A stretch of DNA of 52,482 nt from a virus (taxonomy: Duplodnaviria > Caudoviricetes), in the IMG/VR virus record IMGVR_UViG_3300039159_000058, positions 1 to 52,482 of that record. One strand, given 5' to 3'. The translations under genes were made by a program, and so were the position numbers. Each line of letters starts with the position of its first letter. The stretch's first letter is position 1. The notes below the pieces were generated by a model. It did not search any database. It was not told the DNA's origin and saw only the letters and a program-made list of their open reading frames with translations. Positions 48,006-52,482 of this stretch are shown here, in pieces.

Positions 48006-48386
48006 TTACTTACTGCGTGGAATGTTTATCGTGATTTGAGAAACTAGCTTAAGTACTCTAGGATTCGCATCATCACGTTGGTCTGAAAAATTGTCTATGT
48101 CGTCTTGGTCTTGGCCTGTTCTTACAAACTCGTAGTGCAAATTAGTGCCTTTCGTTTGTATCATTAGTTCGTGCCAATCTCTTACTGCAAAGTTTTCTAC
48201 GTACCATTTTATTGATGGCATATCCAGCACAAAGTACAACGTGTTATTTAGTGACTGCTGCCAATTTAAGTGAGGTGAAAATACTTCTAAAGCTTTGTTG
48301 CCCTCGAGTTTATGAGCCGTAATAAAGCTAAGTACTTCGTGCTTTGGCCCATATATAGTGCTTGCCACGTTGCTTAAGTAGCCCAT
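48006..48386 (-). CDS. Hypothetical phage protein
   Basis: MGY.S.V start, KWY and EFVR.G...DD motifs. Confidence 0.65.
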   Translation of the reverse strand: MGYLSNVASTIYGPKHEVLSFITAHKLEGNKALEVFSPHLNWQQSLNNTLYFVLDMPSIKWYVENFAVRDWHELMIQTKGTNLHYEFVRTGQDQDDIDNFSDQRDDANPRVLKLVSQITINIPRSK

Positions 48387-48392
48387 GATTGT

Positions 48393-49592
48393 TTACCTCT
48401 TTACTTTAAACGGGATACACATGCCGTAAGGTGGCACGATATCTGTAGACACACACCACACTACTGGAAACGGTGGTGCTTTGGTGTACTGAGTTTCGCC
48501 ATCAGTTAGACATATGAATAATTCTGGCTCTATTGAGTTATCTATGCAGAATTTAAACCCTTCCTCCATGTCCGTACCTCCTGCACGAAACGTCTCAAAC
48601 TCTACCTCTGAGGCATCATCGAACTGGGTGTGACGCTTAACCTTTGTGTCTGTGTACAGGATATGGATAGTCTGTGGATTACACTCCTCGAGTAAACGTT
48701 TAACGTGCCCGTTAAAGTGTGCAGCCTCTACCTCGGAGACCGAGCCACTTATGTCACGCTGTATGACAACAGTACCCATCTTAGGGACTGAGCCTGTGGA
48801 GGGTAAGTAATGACCCTGAGAGATAAAACGACGATTAGGTCTAGTCCATGTGTAATCTGCTGCCTGTAAGCCCTGCATATACTCGTGTAACTTGTCAAAC
48901 CACGGTATGTCTGACTCTAATATCCTGCCAACAAACTGTTCTAACTCTGAGCTAAATTGACCGCGAACCTTTGCATTTGCACTGGCCTCGGCTAAGTCTA
49001 CTCGTGCTTGCATCTCGGCTACACGCATCTGCTCATCGGTCATCGTAGTCTCGATGAGGTCTTCGCCTAAGCCGTTGTCATATGGGTCTGACCCTGACCC
49101 TGGCCCTGGCCCTGTCCCTGGTGGTGGTGGTGGAGGGGCGGGAGGATTTTGTTCTAATCGTTTGTATATATCGTCAGTAGTGAAAGCAAACGCACCAACC
49201 ATATTGACAGTGCCCGGTATTGGTGAGCCTACTTTTGACTCAAACAGCAAAGAGTTAATAACTGCGTCACCTGCGTAATTCCACATCTTTGGATTACGAT
49301 TGCCACGTCTAGTTAAGTGCATAAGCACTGGGTGCATCACCTCATGACACAGCGCCCATTGAATCTTTTTGTTGTCATCTTTAAACTCGGCGATAAAACT
49401 TGGATTGACCTTGATGTTACGGTTACCGTCTACGGCCAATGTATCGACTTTGTCTGTAAAGGTTATGTTGTGCTTGGCTAATATGTGGCCAAAGAAACCG
49501 TAGGACAAGAAGATTGCTGCTCGTGCTTTAGTGACTGCTTTTTCTGCAATCTCTAGGTTAGCTAATTTTGGGGGTTCGCAAATTACGGACAT
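48393..49592 (-). CDS. Metallopeptidase (HExxH) plus VWA domain protein (DUF2201-like)
   Basis: HEVMH, WN.A.D..IN, Pro/Gly linker, MIDAS DISGS, GGTD, LTDG. Confidence 0.88.
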   Translation of the reverse strand: MSVICEPPKLANLEIAEKAVTKARAAIFLSYGFFGHILAKHNITFTDKVDTLAVDGNRNIKVNPSFIAEFKDDNKKIQWALCHEVMHPVLMHLTRRGNRNPKMWNYAGDAVINSLLFESKVGSPIPGTVNMVGAFAFTTDDIYKRLEQNPPAPPPPPPGTGPGPGSGSDPYDNGLGEDLIETTMTDEQMRVAEMQARVDLAEASANAKVRGQFSSELEQFVGRILESDIPWFDKLHEYMQGLQAADYTWTRPNRRFISQGHYLPSTGSVPKMGTVVIQRDISGSVSEVEAAHFNGHVKRLLEECNPQTIHILYTDTKVKRHTQFDDASEVEFETFRAGGTDMEEGFKFCIDNSIEPELFICLTDGETQYTKAPPFPVVWCVSTDIVPPYGMCIPFKVKR

Positions 49593-49604
49593 AATAAATA
49601 CTCC

Positions 49605-50549
49605 TTACATGAAAGCTGCCATCTTGGAGGCGATTGCGTCAAGATTCGTACGTGCTGAGGCTCGTGCTGTGGGGGACTCTTTTAGGTAGTCAATGGAGTA
49701 ACGCTTAACCTCGCGGTCAAGCTCCTCGACCATCTGTGTTAACTGCGGGTCTTTGTCAACGTTAAACTTCTTAAACGCTTCTACGGCATCGATCACGTTA
49801 GTCACCGTGCTTGCGTGAAACCGTGATTGATCTTCTAGGGGAATGCTGATCTTCGCAACTAACTTGCCTACTGGGTCAAGCAAACGCTTAACAATCTCTA
49901 CACGTATGGTTGACTCTACTTCTCTGATGTAATCATCAAGCGCGTTAATGTCATCTTGGCTCACGTCAAATAAGAAGTGTGCACGGTCAGGCATGGGCAA
50001 CAAACGCAACTGCATGTAAACACTTTGCTCAAACTGCGAGGCCGTGGGGTAGTCTGTGATAGACACATCGGACTGTTTACCTAGGGACTGAGACTTTTGT
50101 GTGCGATCTTGTATGTCCATCTGTACTGCGTTGTCGTACATGGGTAAGAGCTTGGTCTTGGCGCGGTTAACTTCTTCGATCATGTCCCCCAGTACGCGCC
50201 TATACTCCTCAAGCGCATGCACGGCTAAGATGCGCTGTCCTGTCTCGTTACTTGGGTAGGTACTGTTTACGTGATACGTGTAGACTGCGCGCCACTGCGA
50301 CATGAACTTATACACAGGGTTGCTTGGGTTTTTAAATATGCGACTGCGCACCGTTAGTGACTCATCGGCAAACTGATCTTGTACGTGTTGCTCGGCAGCC
50401 TTATCACGCCTACTAAAACTAGGCGCACCCATCTTTAGGCATGCAATTAATGCCTTCTCGTTTAAGCGTTTGATGTGGCTCTGTGTATTGGGCTTAATTA
50501 ACTCTTGGGCGTTGGTAGCTTTGCTCCAAGCTTCTGTGATCGCGTTCAT
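49605..50549 (-). CDS. Helical protein of the MoxR/VWA module (DUF3150-like)
   Basis: 314 aa all-helical, between ATPase and VWA genes. Confidence 0.6.
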   Translation of the reverse strand: MNAITEAWSKATNAQELIKPNTQSHIKRLNEKALIACLKMGAPSFSRRDKAAEQHVQDQFADESLTVRSRIFKNPSNPVYKFMSQWRAVYTYHVNSTYPSNETGQRILAVHALEEYRRVLGDMIEEVNRAKTKLLPMYDNAVQMDIQDRTQKSQSLGKQSDVSITDYPTASQFEQSVYMQLRLLPMPDRAHFLFDVSQDDINALDDYIREVESTIRVEIVKRLLDPVGKLVAKISIPLEDQSRFHASTVTNVIDAVEAFKKFNVDKDPQLTQMVEELDREVKRYSIDYLKESPTARASARTNLDAIASKMAAFM

Positions 50550-51169
50550 CGTTGTAATCCTTTAAGTTGTATTGGCTGATTGTTTTTAATCATTTCGCAT
50601 ATCATTTCTACTTTTGCTTCTACTGTTTTATTAAACTGCGCGGCTGTCTCGTACACCTCAGAGCCTAAGCTCACATGGAAAAAGTTTGTTGGTCTCATTA
50701 AAAAAGCATGAGCCCCTGGCGCATCGTAGTGAAACTCACCATACTCATACTCAACGGAGTTTTTATCGTAGTTGGAGTACTGCGCGTTCATCTTTCTGGC
50801 TACACGCTCTGCTGTGTAGTAAGGTAAAAGTGCTTCTAAAAACTCAGGAGACGTTGAGTAAAAAGATACGCTTTCGTGCTCTTTTTTTGTAGGGTCTAAA
50901 GGATGCCAATGAGGGCTAACATCATTTTTTTTCTCAACGACTATGTGTTTAAGGCCGTACCCCTTTATGATCTCCCAACATATAATTGCCGTGTCTCCTG
51001 AGGTGTATAGGCGAGTACCCCGCAATTGCCTCATCATCTGATTTTTAAGACGCACGGACATTTTCTCAGTCACAATGACTGCTTCAATATGCGCGTACTT
51101 ACACGTCTTAAGTACTTCTAGACGACACTTTGGGTCGGGTTTTAGGGCACTAGTTTGGAGGGTTTGCAT
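50546..51169 (-). CDS. Hypothetical protein
   Basis: 207 aa with AAGGAG SD, inserted within the ATPase module. Confidence 0.65.
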   Translation of the reverse strand: MQTLQTSALKPDPKCRLEVLKTCKYAHIEAVIVTEKMSVRLKNQMMRQLRGTRLYTSGDTAIICWEIIKGYGLKHIVVEKKNDVSPHWHPLDPTKKEHESVSFYSTSPEFLEALLPYYTAERVARKMNAQYSNYDKNSVEYEYGEFHYDAPGAHAFLMRPTNFFHVSLGSEVYETAAQFNKTVEAKVEMICEMIKNNQPIQLKGLQR

Positions 51170-51180
51170 ATGTATGCTCC

Positions 51181-52188
51181 TTAGAACAAGACGTCTTGAT
51201 TTGCTATGGCAAAGTCAATAAACGCTCTTGATGATTTACCTGCGGGGAATATCCTGTTTGCATCTTGGACAAACATAACGGTTAAGTCTGCTGAGAACCT
51301 ACGTGCATAGGTCAAAGCTGCGTCATATGCAGCCTGATTTTTTATGTACAGGGGCACACCTTTGTCTGCGCGAGCTAATGCCCCAAGAGTGGCGTACGCC
51401 ACATCTAGCCGGTCAGGCACACTCACACCCAGTGGATCAGCCAAACAGCCACGTAGATCGGGCAAGTCACGATAGATATTACGAAACGCGATATACCCTG
51501 CAGCTGCACCCGCACCCACGTCACCTTGCACAGATTCAAAGTACACATCTTGGGGCATATCTGTGGGGATAAGGGACACACGACTCCAGTTACGAGGCGT
51601 TGGGGAAGAGTCCATAGCGGGGTCAAAGGCAGCTAAGTTGCCTGAGAAACGTAGATACGCAATTAACACTGGGTCAATAGAGTTATTAACTGCCCAGTCC
51701 TCCCAGTCCTGCAGATCCTCTGTGAATGTAAGACGACGTACACGGCCTGATAACTTACTGATAAGACGGGTTGCTCCAGACTTGTCCTTTGCACGGTTGC
51801 CTGTGGCGATGATGTATGTGTCGGGGCTAAGCGTGACTGCTCCGATTTTGCGGTCGTGAAACATTCCGCACATAACGTTTTGCACGGGAACTGATGAGTC
51901 TGTTAGCTCCTCTACGATTAGTAAGTTGCGACCCGTTTGTAACTGCAGTAACTCCTGAGGGGGTCTCCACACGGTTACTTCGTCTGAGGGGGCAGGGGTG
52001 CCTAAGAAATCTACGGGCTCACGGTGCGCAGGGAAGAACTGTACGACCCGCTCGAAACCTAATTGCTGACCTACTACGGCAGCAGCGGCTGACTTACCGC
52101 CGCCAGGAGCGCCTTCGATAAAGAAGATGACTTGGTTAGTTACTTCGAACTGGCGACGAATCGCATCGGTTAGCTGAGTGAAACGCAT
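51181..52188 (-). CDS. MoxR-like AAA+ ATPase
   Basis: GAPGGGKS Walker A, LIVEE Walker B, ATGN sensor 1, TPRNW sensor 2. Confidence 0.88.
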   Translation of the reverse strand: MRFTQLTDAIRRQFEVTNQVIFFIEGAPGGGKSAAAAVVGQQLGFERVVQFFPAHREPVDFLGTPAPSDEVTVWRPPQELLQLQTGRNLLIVEELTDSSVPVQNVMCGMFHDRKIGAVTLSPDTYIIATGNRAKDKSGATRLISKLSGRVRRLTFTEDLQDWEDWAVNNSIDPVLIAYLRFSGNLAAFDPAMDSSPTPRNWSRVSLIPTDMPQDVYFESVQGDVGAGAAAGYIAFRNIYRDLPDLRGCLADPLGVSVPDRLDVAYATLGALARADKGVPLYIKNQAAYDAALTYARRFSADLTVMFVQDANRIFPAGKSSRAFIDFAIANQDVLF

Positions 52189-52281
52189 ATTAAAACTCCT
52201 TGGGGGTGGTTGGTTAGTTACTTGGGTTGTGTGTAAGTACGTGCGAGTATGTGTATAGGTACTGCGGGGGTGGTTGGTTAT

Positions 52282-52482
52282 TTAGTACTTGATGAACCCC
52301 GCGCAAACGCCTAGGGAATATATGAGCCCGAATACGCCTACAACTACGACTATTACGTCTTCTTGAAATGTCCCTACGTAGATCAACAACAAAGTTGCTA
52401 GGACAAGCAACACGTTTGCTATAAGAACGAGAGACTGCGGGGGGTCTGTGGTGTCTGTGGTGTCTGTGGTGTCTGTGGTGTC
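52282..52482 (-). CDS. Partial two-TM membrane protein with (DTT)n repeat, 5' end outside window
   Basis: Manual translation DTTDTTDTTDTTDPPQSLVLIANVLLVLATLLLIYVGTFQEDVIVVVVGVFGLIYSLGVCAGFIKY*. Confidence 0.6.
   Translation of the reverse strand, partial: DTTDTTDTTDTTDPPQSLVLIANVLLVLATLLLIYVGTFQEDVIVVVVGVFGLIYSLGVCAGFIKY
52444..52482. repeat. Tandem repeat, 9-bp unit GTCTGTGGT, >4 copies, truncated by window end
   Basis: Read directly. Confidence 0.95.

Noticed and set aside
49086-49140. 6-bp microsatellite (GACCCT/GGCCCT) as a regulatory repeat
   Set aside because: Encodes the in-frame Pro/Gly linker between peptidase and VWA domains

Overview
The window is most of the genome of a temperate, podovirus-like tailed phage of a Gram-negative host, in excised (attP-intact) form. 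The + strand arm (167-32764) carries a ribbon-helix-helix regulator, terminases, portal, scaffold, capsid, tail adaptors, two collagen-rich fibres and a Gly-rich adhesin. It continues with an Ntn-hydrolase, a holin/lysozyme/Rz-Rz1 lysis cassette, a three-gene exported pilin/chaperone-like cassette, tail tube, GNAT and ejection proteins including a 2365-aa PLxRFG protein. A tRNA-type attP and a tyrosine integrase sit in the centre. The - strand arm (34035-52482) encodes excisionase, primase-helicase, SSB, SNF2 helicase, nucleases, PolA, many small early genes (one a stand-alone sigma70 region 4) and a MoxR ATPase/VWA-metallopeptidase module. The most unusual signals are four. (1) A chaperone-usher-pilus-like mini-operon that lacks an usher. 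(2) Two SD-equipped genes overprinted inside the giant virion protein. (3) A paired 12-bp operator-like motif in most large intergenic gaps, with no CI repressor visible. (4) A penicillin-V-acylase/bile-salt-hydrolase-family enzyme beside the lysis genes. Both window ends fall in 9-bp-period tandem repeats, so the genome is probably incomplete. All family assignments are by motif recognition and synteny, not database search.
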